From Candidatus Bathyarchaeia archaeon (GTDB lineage: Archaea > Thermoproteota > Bathyarchaeia > Bathyarchaeales > Bathycorpusculaceae): DNA of 64,000 nt. The notes beneath the pieces are model-generated. The model worked only from the letters and a program-made list of their open reading frames with translations. It ran no database searches and was not told the DNA's origin. Below, piece by piece: positions 40,118 through 50,479 of this stretch. The stretch spans positions 179,378 through 243,377 of the forward strand of contig JBBFKZ010000001.1 in NCBI GenBank assembly GCA_037481775.1. The letters are read 5' to 3'. The translations under genes were made by a program, and so were the position numbers. How positions within the stretch are numbered: position 1 is the first letter of the stretch; each line of letters begins with the position of its first letter.

Positions 40118-41617
40118 ATGGCAAAGGAGACGACGTTGCTAACTCTCAGAATTGATGTTGACTACCCTTATCCTTCAAGACTGCGAAGTTTCATCTACAC
40201 AGCCTTCAGCATCAGCTTCGGTGGAGACTACCTTAAGAACTCGAAGATACTCGCACGGATGATCAACGAATCGCCAAGGCCTGTCAAAGCATACTGGTTT
40301 TTCACTCCAAAAACAATTCCCGACGCAGAGTTACTAACACTGCTTAACCCAGAGCGCCACGAGATCGCGTTGCACATAGCAAACGAGCCGTATAAAGAGC
40401 TGAGTCTTATTGAGGCGAAAACAGGGAGAAAGATAAAATATTACACAGTTCACGGCACCTCGCGTTTTCTTGCCCGATTAATGTGGAAACGATGGCGATA
40501 CAAATCTCCGCCGATCCCCAAAAACTACCCGCTACAATCATTTTACCAATTCAAAACTCTAAGCCTAGATGTTACATGTCGCCTCTATCCGGAAGAGTAT
40601 GCTGCCAAAATTGCCGAAGATGCCGCGGCCAGCGGGCAAGTTCTGCATATTCACCCCATCTGGCTTTTCCAAAGAGGAACAATAAACCCTAGAGGCCCAT
40701 TCTATGAGGTGCTGAGGAGAATTCTGGTCGTGGACAATGAACTTGACACATTGGCATTGCAGCGCAAAGTGTTCTTCAACATAGCAAGAGACATTGGCGA
40801 GTACGAGCGTGATATTGCGCCAACAGAGGAATTTTTGAAAAAGTTAAGAGCGCGCGACATAGACATATTTACGTTCATAGAGCGGAGTTGGTGTTCTAAA
40901 TTGCCTACGCCGCTACGCCACGGGGTGCGTGAAGAAGACAATATAGCGATTTTGCATGTTACTTCATTTGAGGATTGGTGGAAAACCATTGACAAGAAAA
41001 CCCGTAATATGGTCCGCAAAGCAGAGAAAAGTGGAATTGAAACGCGGGAAGTAGAAGTTAATGATAAGTTTGCTGAAGGCGTATGGCGAATTTATAATGA
41101 AACTCCAATAAGGCAAGATAGGGCATTTCCACATTATGGGATATCGCTTGACACGGTTCGGCAAGGAGTATTTTCCGCTAAAAACTGCGTCTTTATAGGT
41201 GCGTATTTGCAGGATGAATTGGTTGGATTCGCGCAGCTGGTTATAGGCGACAATATTGCAATTTTGTCTCAGTTGCTTTCGTTGCAGAAGCATTTTGATA
41301 AGGCCGTGAATAACGCATTAATAGCAAAGTCTGTTGAGCTTTGCGGAAAAAAGGGAATAAACTGGCTCATGTACGGACGAATTGAAACTGCGCATCCTTC
41401 GCTTGATCGCTTTAAAAGAAGTAATGGTTTCTCCAAATTTTCTTTAACACGATTTTATGTTCCCTTAACAAGGAAAGGAAGAATTGCGGTAAAACTGGGG
41501 TTGCATAAAGACCTGAAGGATGCCCTGCCCAAGTCCGTGAGATATGCGCTTCTGCCGTTGTACTGTTGGATAAGCAGAACGAGGGTGCGGGTTAAATTAA
41601 TGCTGAAGGGGAATTAG
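40118..41617 (+). CDS. Polysaccharide-deacetylase-like / GNAT (FemAB-like) fusion protein
   Basis: N-terminal RIDVD...HEIALH...VHG...HIHP (NodB-like barrel); C-terminal KKTRNMVRKAEKSG...SLDRFKRSNGF (Fem-type GNAT). Confidence 0.7.
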   Translation: MAKETTLLTLRIDVDYPYPSRLRSFIYTAFSISFGGDYLKNSKILARMINESPRPVKAYWFFTPKTIPDAELLTLLNPERHEIALHIANEPYKELSLIEAKTGRKIKYYTVHGTSRFLARLMWKRWRYKSPPIPKNYPLQSFYQFKTLSLDVTCRLYPEEYAAKIAEDAAASGQVLHIHPIWLFQRGTINPRGPFYEVLRRILVVDNELDTLALQRKVFFNIARDIGEYERDIAPTEEFLKKLRARDIDIFTFIERSWCSKLPTPLRHGVREEDNIAILHVTSFEDWWKTIDKKTRNMVRKAEKSGIETREVEVNDKFAEGVWRIYNETPIRQDRAFPHYGISLDTVRQGVFSAKNCVFIGAYLQDELVGFAQLVIGDNIAILSQLLSLQKHFDKAVNNALIAKSVELCGKKGINWLMYGRIETAHPSLDRFKRSNGFSKFSLTRFYVPLTRKGRIAVKLGLHKDLKDALPKSVRYALLPLYCWISRTRVRVKLMLKGN

Positions 41618-41623
41618 AGTGTT

Positions 41624-42292
41624 TTGAATGAGCCGGAAGAAACCTACTGGGAGCGCGTCAATAAGTCCACTAAAATGGGTGTCTACCTAACAAGGGTTGA
41701 AACGCAGTTTATTTTTGCTTCCCTTGGTCTAAAAGCAGACGGTCTGGTTGTTGATGTTGGAGCTAATGCCGGTCGCTTTTCTCTTCCTGCCGCAGAAATT
41801 ATGCGTGTAGTTGCTATTGACTTGGATTTATACGCACTTAAGAGATTAAGATTGAAAACTCAAGATGTGGCTGTTGTTTTAGCCGATGCAAGATTTATTC
41901 CATTAAAAAATAGTGTTGCCGACAATGTTATAATGATCGAGTTGCTAGATTATGTTGAAAACTCAGAAGCGCCAATATCTGAATGTGCTCGGATCCTCAA
42001 AGATGCCGGTGCAATTTTCCTTTCGTTTGGAAACAAATCCAGTTTAAAAGGAAGAATTAAAGGCTTCTCTGGGAAGTCTTATCGTTATTCTTATCAAGAC
42101 ATTTTGCGTGTTCTGAAGGCTGAGAAATTTAAAATTGTTGAAAAGATGGGTTTCAACTGGTTGCCCTTTGGGCGTGATTCCAATAATCCTGCTATTTATT
42201 TGTTTGCCAAAGGCGAAAGAATCTTGGGGTTAAGGAAGCTTGCGAGATTTAGTCCATGGGTGATAATCCAAGCAGTCAAAGTTGCTGAATGA
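41624..42292 (+). CDS. Class I SAM-dependent methyltransferase
   Basis: VDVGANAG, ADARFIPL and ECARILK motifs. Confidence 0.85.
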   Translation: MNEPEETYWERVNKSTKMGVYLTRVETQFIFASLGLKADGLVVDVGANAGRFSLPAAEIMRVVAIDLDLYALKRLRLKTQDVAVVLADARFIPLKNSVADNVIMIELLDYVENSEAPISECARILKDAGAIFLSFGNKSSLKGRIKGFSGKSYRYSYQDILRVLKAEKFKIVEKMGFNWLPFGRDSNNPAIYLFAKGERILGLRKLARFSPWVIIQAVKVAE

Positions 42293-42460
42293 AGCTTTAT
42301 ATTATTTTTTGTTTGGCCGCCTTTGTGTTGTTGCTTTTGCGGTTGGGTTGAAGGCAAGTTTGCTCTTTGCTTGCATGCTAAGAAAATTTTCAAAGGAAGC
42401 AGAATGATGTGGCGCTTCGCGCTGTTATGAGTGCGTTGTTTTCGTTGGTGCCTACGTAAT

Positions 42461-43507
42461 TTATTTTTCTTGAGTTTTGGCAATTATCAGTGGGAAGTAA
42501 TCGTAATATTCGGTTTCGTTTTCTTTGTAAATCAAGTAGGGTGTGTCGCCTATGCCGTCGCCATTTGTGTCTGTGCCATTATAATCGCTCCAGTAGTTGC
42601 CCTCTCTGCCATTGTCCCATGTGTTTGGCAGATTTACTGAGACGTGGCCTGTGGGCATGTTGTCTATGAAGCTGTTATGGTACAGTACGTTGTCTGTGGA
42701 TTGGTAGAGAAAGATGCCCATGTTGTTATTTTTTATATAATTCTTTGTTATGGTGGTTTTGTTTGCGTATCTCATGTAAATTGTGTAGTTGGCGTGTGAT
42801 GTGAACGTGTTTTCTGAGATGGTGTTTTCTATGGATTCTTTCAGCCAGATGGCATACATCTTATTCTTCGTCAGGTTGTTTTCGTAGATGATGTTGCCGT
42901 TTGAGGATGCCTCAAGCCAGATGCCGCAGTGATTGTTTGTCAGAGTATTTTGGGAGATGAGGTTGTTGGATGCGGCGCTTAGGTAGATGCCGAAATCGAA
43001 ATTTTGGATTTTAATGTTTGTTACTGTAACGTTTCTTCTTCCAGTTAGGTCTATGCCTCTGGAGAGGTATTCCTCTGTTCCGTTGAGCGTGTGGCCGTTT
43101 CCGTCAATTATTACGTCGTCTTTCCCTACTATTATTGGGTTAGAAATGTCTGCGGTGAACAAGTAACGGTTGCTTCCATCATTCACGATTGGCGCATTGG
43201 ACGGGTTAATTGTGCCGTCGGGCATGATGACGATATAGCCGCTTACAGGTGTTACTGGAGTTGTGCCATCCGTCGGTGTCGCGGGCGTTGTTGAAAGCTG
43301 CCATAATCCATAAACTCCCAAAATCACGATAAGCGCGAGAACCGCGAGAAGTATTTTTCCCTTCGGCATTTTTCGAGGCTTTCTCTTGGCTTCACGTTCC
43401 ATCTGAATCTTGAAAGCCTCTTCAGCGCGCTGCTGCCTTTTTTGTCTCTCGCGCTGTATTTCCCGCCAGCTTTTCTTTTTTTCTTTTTCAGGCATATTTT
43501 CTTGCAA
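42461..43507 (-). CDS. Membrane-anchored right-handed beta-helix (NosD/CASH-like) protein
   Basis: Charged N-terminus, one TM, Thr/Pro linker, GIxL...N repeats and GNYWSDY...DGIGDTPY. Confidence 0.85.
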   Translation of the reverse strand: MQENMPEKEKKKSWREIQRERQKRQQRAEEAFKIQMEREAKRKPRKMPKGKILLAVLALIVILGVYGLWQLSTTPATPTDGTTPVTPVSGYIVIMPDGTINPSNAPIVNDGSNRYLFTADISNPIIVGKDDVIIDGNGHTLNGTEEYLSRGIDLTGRRNVTVTNIKIQNFDFGIYLSAASNNLISQNTLTNNHCGIWLEASSNGNIIYENNLTKNKMYAIWLKESIENTISENTFTSHANYTIYMRYANKTTITKNYIKNNNMGIFLYQSTDNVLYHNSFIDNMPTGHVSVNLPNTWDNGREGNYWSDYNGTDTNGDGIGDTPYLIYKENETEYYDYFPLIIAKTQEK

Positions 43508-43857
43508 CCTTTACAAGCTTCTTTCTGCCTTTCCGATGGCGGTATTGTCTATTAAAGATTTTTCGAAATTGAACCTTAATATGTTAAAATTTCCTTTGTA
43601 CTGTTGAAAATCATGTTTTGCATTTAGCTTTAATTGCCGGGTTAATTGAAAGGCAGAAGGTATTAGCCAATAAATTTTTGCCCTTATATTGACGGCTTAT
43701 TATAAGCAGATTTAGGTAGAGTTCTGTCTATTGATATTTATAGAGTCTTGTTTGAAAGAAATTACGTGCTGGTTCAGCAAAAAATGTGCTCTGCAACCGC
43801 AGTAACCGGCGATCTTCGTCTGTCGGTAGTGGTTAAAAGTTACCAAATTGTATTCGC

Positions 43858-45126
43858 TTATCCTTGCATTTTGAATCTCAGTATTGCTGCTATGCCGCCG
43901 AACGCGTTTTTCAGCATCTGTCCTTCTTCGGTTTCGGTGGAAATAATTTCCACTTCAGCGTTGGCTTGTTCAGCTAACTCTGCTAATTCGTCAATTATGT
44001 CTTGCTTATCTGCAATAAACAAGGAAGGTGCTTGACACTTTGGGCATGGCTTTCCCGTCAAGCCTTGCTCAAACTCCAGCAACGCTTGGGTTTTAACAGT
44101 GTGTTTTTCCTCGTAGCCACATGCGTTGCACTTAACTGTAACACGTAAAAGATCAACTTTCTCCGAGATTAAAAGCGTTCTAACAGCGCCAGCAGCGAGC
44201 GCATTACGCACTTCTGCTTCGCCGTAAGTAATCATTCCAGTGTCATGGCCCACTTCGTAAAGGAACTGTTGCATAATCTGCTTCTCTTCGATGTAGCGGA
44301 CTTTCCGCATTATTTCAGGCGCTTTTTCCACGACTTCCTTAACGCCTTGTTCTTCGACATAAGCAGTGTCGATTGTGTCGATAATCTTGTTCTTTAACTG
44401 ATAATTAAGGTAATCGCCTTTTTCGAAATCGTACTTTGTCGGTCCTGGACCAGCGATGATTATGCCCTTCAAGTTGTCTATGGGCAAGAATACCTCGTTA
44501 GCATGTTGCCCCACACGTGTAAAATACTCGTTAAGCTGCATCTCCCTCAAGCGCTCGTATCTCCTTGCTGACTGCCCTCCTGCGCGCGTTTTTCCGCCAA
44601 CACCTGAATACATCTGTCGGACTATCTCAAGCCGCTTACCCTGCAGAGTGGCAATTGTAGCGCCTGTAGCGTCGATTAGGAGGATACCATAAGTCTCTTT
44701 TTCCTTAAGCAACTCCTGTAGATGTTCAGTGTGAAATCGCGAGTCACAGCGGTATAGGTAAATCTTGATGGGCTCAGGTGGTATAATGACATAAGTTTCT
44801 ATTTTTTCACTGCCTGGACCTCCGCCTTCCTGTGGAATGGCGCCACAGAAAATAACTAGGCCGTTCTCTCCGGAGTCCTTGAATAGCTTAAGCCGTTGCT
44901 GCACCTTCACGATGGCTTCCTGCACATTCTTGCGCGTGGTAGTGGACTTAATGTTTGAGGCTGTGCCATACTCGTCGCGTAGCATGTTAATGGCGTCGCT
45001 AATCTGCTTCCCAGGAGGGATATAAAGCGTAATCAGCTCTGTATGACTGCCTGTTTTGCTGGCTAACATGTTCAGCATTTTTCGCAATCTGAACAGTTCC
45101 AGCGAGGATTTTTTTGCTGTGCTCAC
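43858..45126 (-). CDS. prf1: Peptide chain release factor aRF1
   Basis: NIKS, YRCD, GGQS and FGGIAAILR motifs. Confidence 0.98.
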   Translation of the reverse strand: MSTAKKSSLELFRLRKMLNMLASKTGSHTELITLYIPPGKQISDAINMLRDEYGTASNIKSTTTRKNVQEAIVKVQQRLKLFKDSGENGLVIFCGAIPQEGGGPGSEKIETYVIIPPEPIKIYLYRCDSRFHTEHLQELLKEKETYGILLIDATGATIATLQGKRLEIVRQMYSGVGGKTRAGGQSARRYERLREMQLNEYFTRVGQHANEVFLPIDNLKGIIIAGPGPTKYDFEKGDYLNYQLKNKIIDTIDTAYVEEQGVKEVVEKAPEIMRKVRYIEEKQIMQQFLYEVGHDTGMITYGEAEVRNALAAGAVRTLLISEKVDLLRVTVKCNACGYEEKHTVKTQALLEFEQGLTGKPCPKCQAPSLFIADKQDIIDELAELAEQANAEVEIISTETEEGQMLKNAFGGIAAILRFKMQG

Positions 45127-45208
45127 GAATTTCCACTCGTCATGATGTAAGCTACAATTACGTTATTAACGGTTAAAATAAAAGTTGCTACCCTAAAAAA
45201 GGGTAAAA

Positions 45209-46189
45209 TTATAGTGCTTGAAGCACTTCCTTCAGAAAAGCCTTGTACGGCCCAAGCTTTCCGCCATAGTTGCCTGAGGAAATCTTCACCACGCCATGCA
45301 CGCTTGCCGCCGCTGTTACGCCTTGTCTCATGGCGTTTTTAACAGCGTCAAGCGTCAAGCCGTTAATGACAATTTCGTAAACACAATTCACGTTTTCTGG
45401 AACAACTGAATCAGAGACCACTGTGCGCAGTGTTGGACAGTAGGGATGATTCGTTGAAGCCTTCATCTTATACTTGAGGGAGCCAGCCTTGCTGCCTGCA
45501 CGGCATATGCCGCCTGGAAACGGCATAATAACGTCAGGTGCGTTTGCGCGTATAGCATCCGCTGCTGCTTCAGCCGCTTTAAGTCCAGAAGCTTGGTTCT
45601 CAGCGAATATCATGAAGTTGCCTCCTGCCACTGCTTCCTGTGCTCCGAAGCCATCTTCAACTATGAAGTTGCCTTCCATGACTGGGATTTTCCAGCATCT
45701 GCGCTCGCCAACCATAGTCTTTTTCTGGAATCCGTCACCGAAATACCGCAAGCTGCTGCCAACTCTAAGCACACGTTTCGCGGTTGTTAAACCATTGAAC
45801 GCTGCAGTTGTTGGGCAGGTCATAACACATTGGCCTATGCGCTCCATAAGTTGATGTTTAAGCTCAAAGCGATCACGGTTGTAAATTTGAATAAGCACGC
45901 CTGGACGTTTATCTGGCGTCTGGTCAGTTGGCACCATACGTTCGATAGCGGCTTCTGCCGGTGCCATAATAACGCTGGTGGCGAATCCTGTAGTCACATT
46001 TGCGGCTGTTAGAGCCCATTTTTCATTTTCCGCCGTTATCAGTACACGACTAGCCCATAAAGGAAACATTTCCGCGAAGGTGTCAACAACAGTGCAGATG
46101 TGTTCTGTTTTGGCGGATCTCACAGTGAAGGTTTTCGTTTTTTCATCATAATTGAGTATTTCCAGCTTATTTTCAGTTTTAGATGCCAT
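45209..46189 (-). CDS. ftr: Formylmethanofuran:H4MPT N-formyltransferase
   Basis: DTFAE, TGFATSVI, TPDKRPG, RIGQCVMTCPT, YEIVING and GNYGGKLG motifs. Confidence 0.96.
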   Translation of the reverse strand: MASKTENKLEILNYDEKTKTFTVRSAKTEHICTVVDTFAEMFPLWASRVLITAENEKWALTAANVTTGFATSVIMAPAEAAIERMVPTDQTPDKRPGVLIQIYNRDRFELKHQLMERIGQCVMTCPTTAAFNGLTTAKRVLRVGSSLRYFGDGFQKKTMVGERRCWKIPVMEGNFIVEDGFGAQEAVAGGNFMIFAENQASGLKAAEAAADAIRANAPDVIMPFPGGICRAGSKAGSLKYKMKASTNHPYCPTLRTVVSDSVVPENVNCVYEIVINGLTLDAVKNAMRQGVTAAASVHGVVKISSGNYGGKLGPYKAFLKEVLQAL

Positions 46190-46433
46190 TTTTCATTTCA
46201 TCCTTCTCTGTTAATATGCCCAAGTTGTGATTCAGTTATTTCTCGCTCTCATTTAAGAGTTTTCGTGGCAAATGCACCATTTTTTCACGTTATACTCTGC
46301 CGAAGTTGCTGAAATTGCCATTGTTCCATCCGTTCTTAACTAAACACGAAGATTGGACTTGTAAGGCTTTGTGCTTTAGGAAAAAGTTATAGCACAGACA
46401 AGCATTAAGCCTTCTTCACTAAGAGGGTTAAGT

Positions 46434-47513
46434 TTGCCGGAAATTCGAGTAGCACTCGTGGGAGTAGGCAACAGCGCATCCGCTCTGATTCAGGGAACCC
46501 AATACTATAAAGACGCGAAAGAAGATACTACCGTGCCTGGGTTGATGCATGTAAATTTCGGCGGGTATCACATAAGAGACATAAAGTTTGTTGCAGCCTT
46601 CGATGTAAATAAAAACAAAATTGGAAAGGACCTTTCCGAAGCCATATTCACTGAGCCAAACTGTTGCCCAGAATTTGCTTCTGTTCCAAATCTAGGCGTC
46701 AAAGTTTCTGCTGGACCCATTTTAGATGGTGTAGCGAAACATATGGAAAAAGTCTTCAACGTCTATGACGAAAAAGCACAAGGTAGCGATGATGTGGTTA
46801 AAATTTTAAAGGAAACAAAAGCCGACGTGCTGGTGAACTATCTGCCGGTGGGAAGCCGAGAAGCCACACGCTTTTACGCACAAGCAGCCATCGATGCCGG
46901 ATGCGCCTTTGTAAACTGCATGCCAGAATTCATCGCTTCTGATCTGGAATGGAGCAAAAAATTCGAGCAAGCAGGACTTCCCGTAGCAGGAGACGACATA
47001 AAAAGCCAAGTAGGCGCAACCATACTGCATCGAACTCTCGTGCGCCTGTGTCTGGATCGCGGCGTCATAGTTGACGAGACTTACCAGTTGAATCTTGGCG
47101 GAGACACCGACTTTCTGAACATGACAGTTGAAAATAGGCTGAAGACAAAGCGGATAAGCAAAACAGAAGCTGTTACAAGCCTAGTTCCATACGAGTTGCC
47201 CACCCGAATCGGCCCATCCGACTATGTTCCTTTTCTCAAGAATAAGAAAATATGCTACATAACGCTCAAGGGAAGAAAATTCGGCGATCGCCCCATAACC
47301 ATAAACGTCAAACTCGAGGTTGAAGATTCACCGAACAGCGCAGGCGTAGTTATCGATCTGATCAGAGCCGTGAAACTTGCTTTAGACAGAAAAATCAAAG
47401 GCGCGCTCATTAGTGTGTCTGCGTACGCGTTTAAGCATCCGCCAATCCAGGTGCCTGACTCTACAGCTAAGCAGTGGGTAGAAGACTACATAGCAGGCGT
47501 AAGAGACCGCTAA
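46434..47513 (+). CDS. ino1: myo-Inositol-1-phosphate synthase
   Basis: GVGNSAS, NYLPVGS, GDDIKSQ, SKTEAV and DSPNSAG motifs. Confidence 0.96.
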   Translation: MPEIRVALVGVGNSASALIQGTQYYKDAKEDTTVPGLMHVNFGGYHIRDIKFVAAFDVNKNKIGKDLSEAIFTEPNCCPEFASVPNLGVKVSAGPILDGVAKHMEKVFNVYDEKAQGSDDVVKILKETKADVLVNYLPVGSREATRFYAQAAIDAGCAFVNCMPEFIASDLEWSKKFEQAGLPVAGDDIKSQVGATILHRTLVRLCLDRGVIVDETYQLNLGGDTDFLNMTVENRLKTKRISKTEAVTSLVPYELPTRIGPSDYVPFLKNKKICYITLKGRKFGDRPITINVKLEVEDSPNSAGVVIDLIRAVKLALDRKIKGALISVSAYAFKHPPIQVPDSTAKQWVEDYIAGVRDR

Positions 47514-47607
47514 GTCTTCTACGTATTTTTCCTCTGAAATTTTGGGGATTTTATGAAAGCTTTTAAGGGCTGAACGTTCAAATACCATTTTAAGAGGTGC
47601 AGCTTGT

Positions 47608-48018
47608 ATGGTAAAAGTAGATGGATATGAAGTCCCTGAAGGGCTTTACTATTCAAAGGATTTTGCTTGGGTAAAAATTGAAGGCGACAAAGTCCGCATG
47701 GGCATAACGGATTACGCTCAGAAGCAGTTACGCGAAATAGTTTATGCCGATCTGCCAACGGTAGGCGCTGAAGTGAAACAGAATGAGCCTTACGGTACGC
47801 TTGAATCGGTGAAGGCTGTTTCCGACGTGATTGCCGCGGTAAGCGGAACCGTAGAGGAAGTTAACACGGAAGTTCTGTCTAAGCCAGAAATTCTGAATGA
47901 AGACCCTTACGTGAAAGGCTGGCTGATCGTTGTGAAGCCTTCAAATCTACAAGTAGAGCTCTCTAATTTGATGGATTTCGACAAAGCAGTGGAGTGGCAT
48001 AAGACTCAGACAAAATGA
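47608..48018 (+). CDS. gcvH: Glycine cleavage system H protein (lipoyl carrier)
   Basis: GITDYAQ, ESVKA (lipoyl-Lys) and NEDPYVKGW motifs. Confidence 0.95.
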   Translation: MVKVDGYEVPEGLYYSKDFAWVKIEGDKVRMGITDYAQKQLREIVYADLPTVGAEVKQNEPYGTLESVKAVSDVIAAVSGTVEEVNTEVLSKPEILNEDPYVKGWLIVVKPSNLQVELSNLMDFDKAVEWHKTQTK

Positions 48019-48030
48019 AGGAAGCGTGGA

Positions 48031-49377
48031 ATGGGTAAGCGAATAATCGTTATTGGCGCTAACGCTGCGGGAGTTGAAGCCGCTTCAGCGGCACGGAAAA
48101 AAGATCATGCTGCAGAAATCACGCTGATAACGCAGGAGAAAACTGCCGGGTATTCCCGTTGCGGCTTGCCCTTCGTAATCGGCGGGCAAATCCCAAGCTT
48201 TAAAGATCTAATTGTTTACTCGCAGGCTTACTTTCAGATGATGAAGCTGAATTTGAAAACCGAAACCAAAGCTACCGCCATAAACACGAAAGACAAGACA
48301 GTAACAGTCATCGACAAGACGGGCGCCACAGAGATGCTACAATATGACAGTCTTGTCATAGCCACGGGCGCTGACGCATTTACTCCACCAATCAAGGGAT
48401 CGGAAAAGCAGGGGGTCCTCAGTCTCCGCACTTTGGAAGACGGCGAGAGGATTCTTCAAGCAGTGCAGAGCGGCGCTAAATCAGCAGTTGTCATGGGCGC
48501 TGGCTTAATTGGGCTGGAAACAGGCGTAGCGTTAACTGAGCGTGGTTTGAAGGTTACTGTTGTGGAGATGCTGCCGCAGATTTTGCCACAAATGCTCGAC
48601 GCGGACATGGCGCAGATGGTTCAAGGGCATCTGCAGGAGCGTGGCCTGTGCATTCTCACGGAGAAAGCTGTAGAAGAGTTTCTCGGCGGCGATAAAGTGA
48701 ATGCGATCATGGCTGGTGGCGAAAAAATAGAAGCTGACCTTTTCCTCAGCGCTTTTGGTGTTCGCGCAAACACCAAGCTGGCAGCGGAAGCCGGAATCCC
48801 AATAGGCGAGTCAAGAGGCATCAAAACAAACGCCAGAATGGAAACTGAAGTCAAAGATGTTTACGCGGTTGGTGACTGCGCGGAAACTCCGCACTTGATC
48901 ACTCATAAGCCTGTGTGTCCCCAATTAGGTACTGTTGCGGTCAAGCAGGGTAAAGTGGCGGGGATAAATGCTGGCGGAGGTTATGCCCTCTTTCCAGGCG
49001 TATTAGCCTCAGCCGTAACGCGGCTTTTCGATATAGAAGCTGGAGTGACAGGGTTAACTGAAAACGCCGCGAGGAGAGCTGAACTTGACGTGATCACAGG
49101 GGCCATAAGCTCGAAAACAAGGGCTGACTACTATCCAAAGGCGTTACCCATCAAAGTCAAGCTTGTTGTTGAAAAAGAGTCTCAGCGTATCGTGGGCGCA
49201 CAGATAGTTGGTGGTGAAGAGGTCACGCAGCGGATAAACGCTTTGTCTTTCGCTATTCAGAAGGGCATGACCGTGCGTGAATTAGCTAAAGCGGACACAG
49301 CATACGCGCCGCCGCTGAATGAGACTTGGGAACCCATGATTTTGGCTGCAGAAATGGTGCTGATGAAACTTCGCTAA
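48031..49377 (+). CDS. CoA-disulfide reductase / NADH oxidase family flavoprotein
   Basis: FAD motif IGANAAG, YSRCGLP redox Cys, NADH motif GAGLIG, VYAVGD and YAPP. Confidence 0.9.
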   Translation: MGKRIIVIGANAAGVEAASAARKKDHAAEITLITQEKTAGYSRCGLPFVIGGQIPSFKDLIVYSQAYFQMMKLNLKTETKATAINTKDKTVTVIDKTGATEMLQYDSLVIATGADAFTPPIKGSEKQGVLSLRTLEDGERILQAVQSGAKSAVVMGAGLIGLETGVALTERGLKVTVVEMLPQILPQMLDADMAQMVQGHLQERGLCILTEKAVEEFLGGDKVNAIMAGGEKIEADLFLSAFGVRANTKLAAEAGIPIGESRGIKTNARMETEVKDVYAVGDCAETPHLITHKPVCPQLGTVAVKQGKVAGINAGGGYALFPGVLASAVTRLFDIEAGVTGLTENAARRAELDVITGAISSKTRADYYPKALPIKVKLVVEKESQRIVGAQIVGGEEVTQRINALSFAIQKGMTVRELAKADTAYAPPLNETWEPMILAAEMVLMKLR

Positions 49378-49453
49378 AACCTCCTTTTTTTATTCGTGAA
49401 AAGGGAATACTGATAAATTGAGGAGAATATTTTACCTTACAAAAGTGATTTGA

Positions 49454-50479
49454 ATGTCTGGAACTTACAATATTGCTGTGTTAAAAGGTGATGGAATAGG
49501 CCCAGAAGTCACCGATGCAACCATAAAAGTATTAGAGGCAGTGCAGGACTCCTCAGGGCTGAGGCTCAATTTTCTCTATGGTGAAGCAGGTTATTACTGC
49601 ATAGAAAAATACGGTACTAATCTGCCTGAAGAAACAATTGCGCTATTAAAAAAAACAGACGCTTGTCTTAAGGGTCCAATGACCACGCCAGAAACACCGG
49701 GCGCGCCTGTTAGTGTAGCCGTAAAAATCAGGAAAATGTTTAACCTTTACGCTAATGTGCGCCCTTGTCGCTCTTTTCCAAATGTGGAAGCATTAAAACC
49801 GAACATAGATTTGATTGTGGTTCGTGAGAACACTGAGGGCATGTACTCTGGCATTGAGTATGAAGTTGCGCCTGGAGTAGGCATAGCCCTGAGAGTAATT
49901 ACCAAGGATGCTTCTCTACGTGTTGCGGAATTCGCCTTTAAACTTGCTGCCCAACGGAAAAAACACTTAACTTACGTGCACAAAGGCAACATCTTAAGAG
50001 TAACTGATGGAATTTTCAAAGACGCTGTGAACGCCGTTGCGCCCAAGTATCCTGATGTAGTCGTTGATGATGTACACATAGATGCCATGACAATGCATCT
50101 GGTTAAAAAACCTGAAACTTTCGATGTCATAGTAACCACAAACTTATTCGGGGATGTGCTTTCAGATGAAGCCGCCCAAGTTACGGGCAGTTTAGGTTTA
50201 GCTGCTGGCGCAAACATAGGCGACGCATACGGTATGTTCGAGCCCGTTCATGGTTCAGCGCCAAAGTATGCTGGGCAGAACGTTGTTAATCCTATAGCTA
50301 CAATAATGGCTGCCCAGATGATGTTGGACTATCTAGGCGAAAAAGCGGCTGCAGCCAAAATTGAAAATGCCGTTATGCAAGTGCTTCGCGAAGGAAAAGT
50401 GCGGACGAAGGATTTAGGCGGTTCCTTCACTACAAGCGAAATGAGCAATGCTATAGCATCAAAAGTTAGGGCGCTCTAA
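49454..50479 (+). CDS. Isopropylmalate/isocitrate/homoisocitrate dehydrogenase family (LeuB-like)
   Basis: GDGIGPEV, RENTEG, HKGN, NLFGDVLSD and EPVHGSAP motifs. Substrate not resolved. Confidence 0.92.
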   Translation: MSGTYNIAVLKGDGIGPEVTDATIKVLEAVQDSSGLRLNFLYGEAGYYCIEKYGTNLPEETIALLKKTDACLKGPMTTPETPGAPVSVAVKIRKMFNLYANVRPCRSFPNVEALKPNIDLIVVRENTEGMYSGIEYEVAPGVGIALRVITKDASLRVAEFAFKLAAQRKKHLTYVHKGNILRVTDGIFKDAVNAVAPKYPDVVVDDVHIDAMTMHLVKKPETFDVIVTTNLFGDVLSDEAAQVTGSLGLAAGANIGDAYGMFEPVHGSAPKYAGQNVVNPIATIMAAQMMLDYLGEKAAAAKIENAVMQVLREGKVRTKDLGGSFTTSEMSNAIASKVRAL

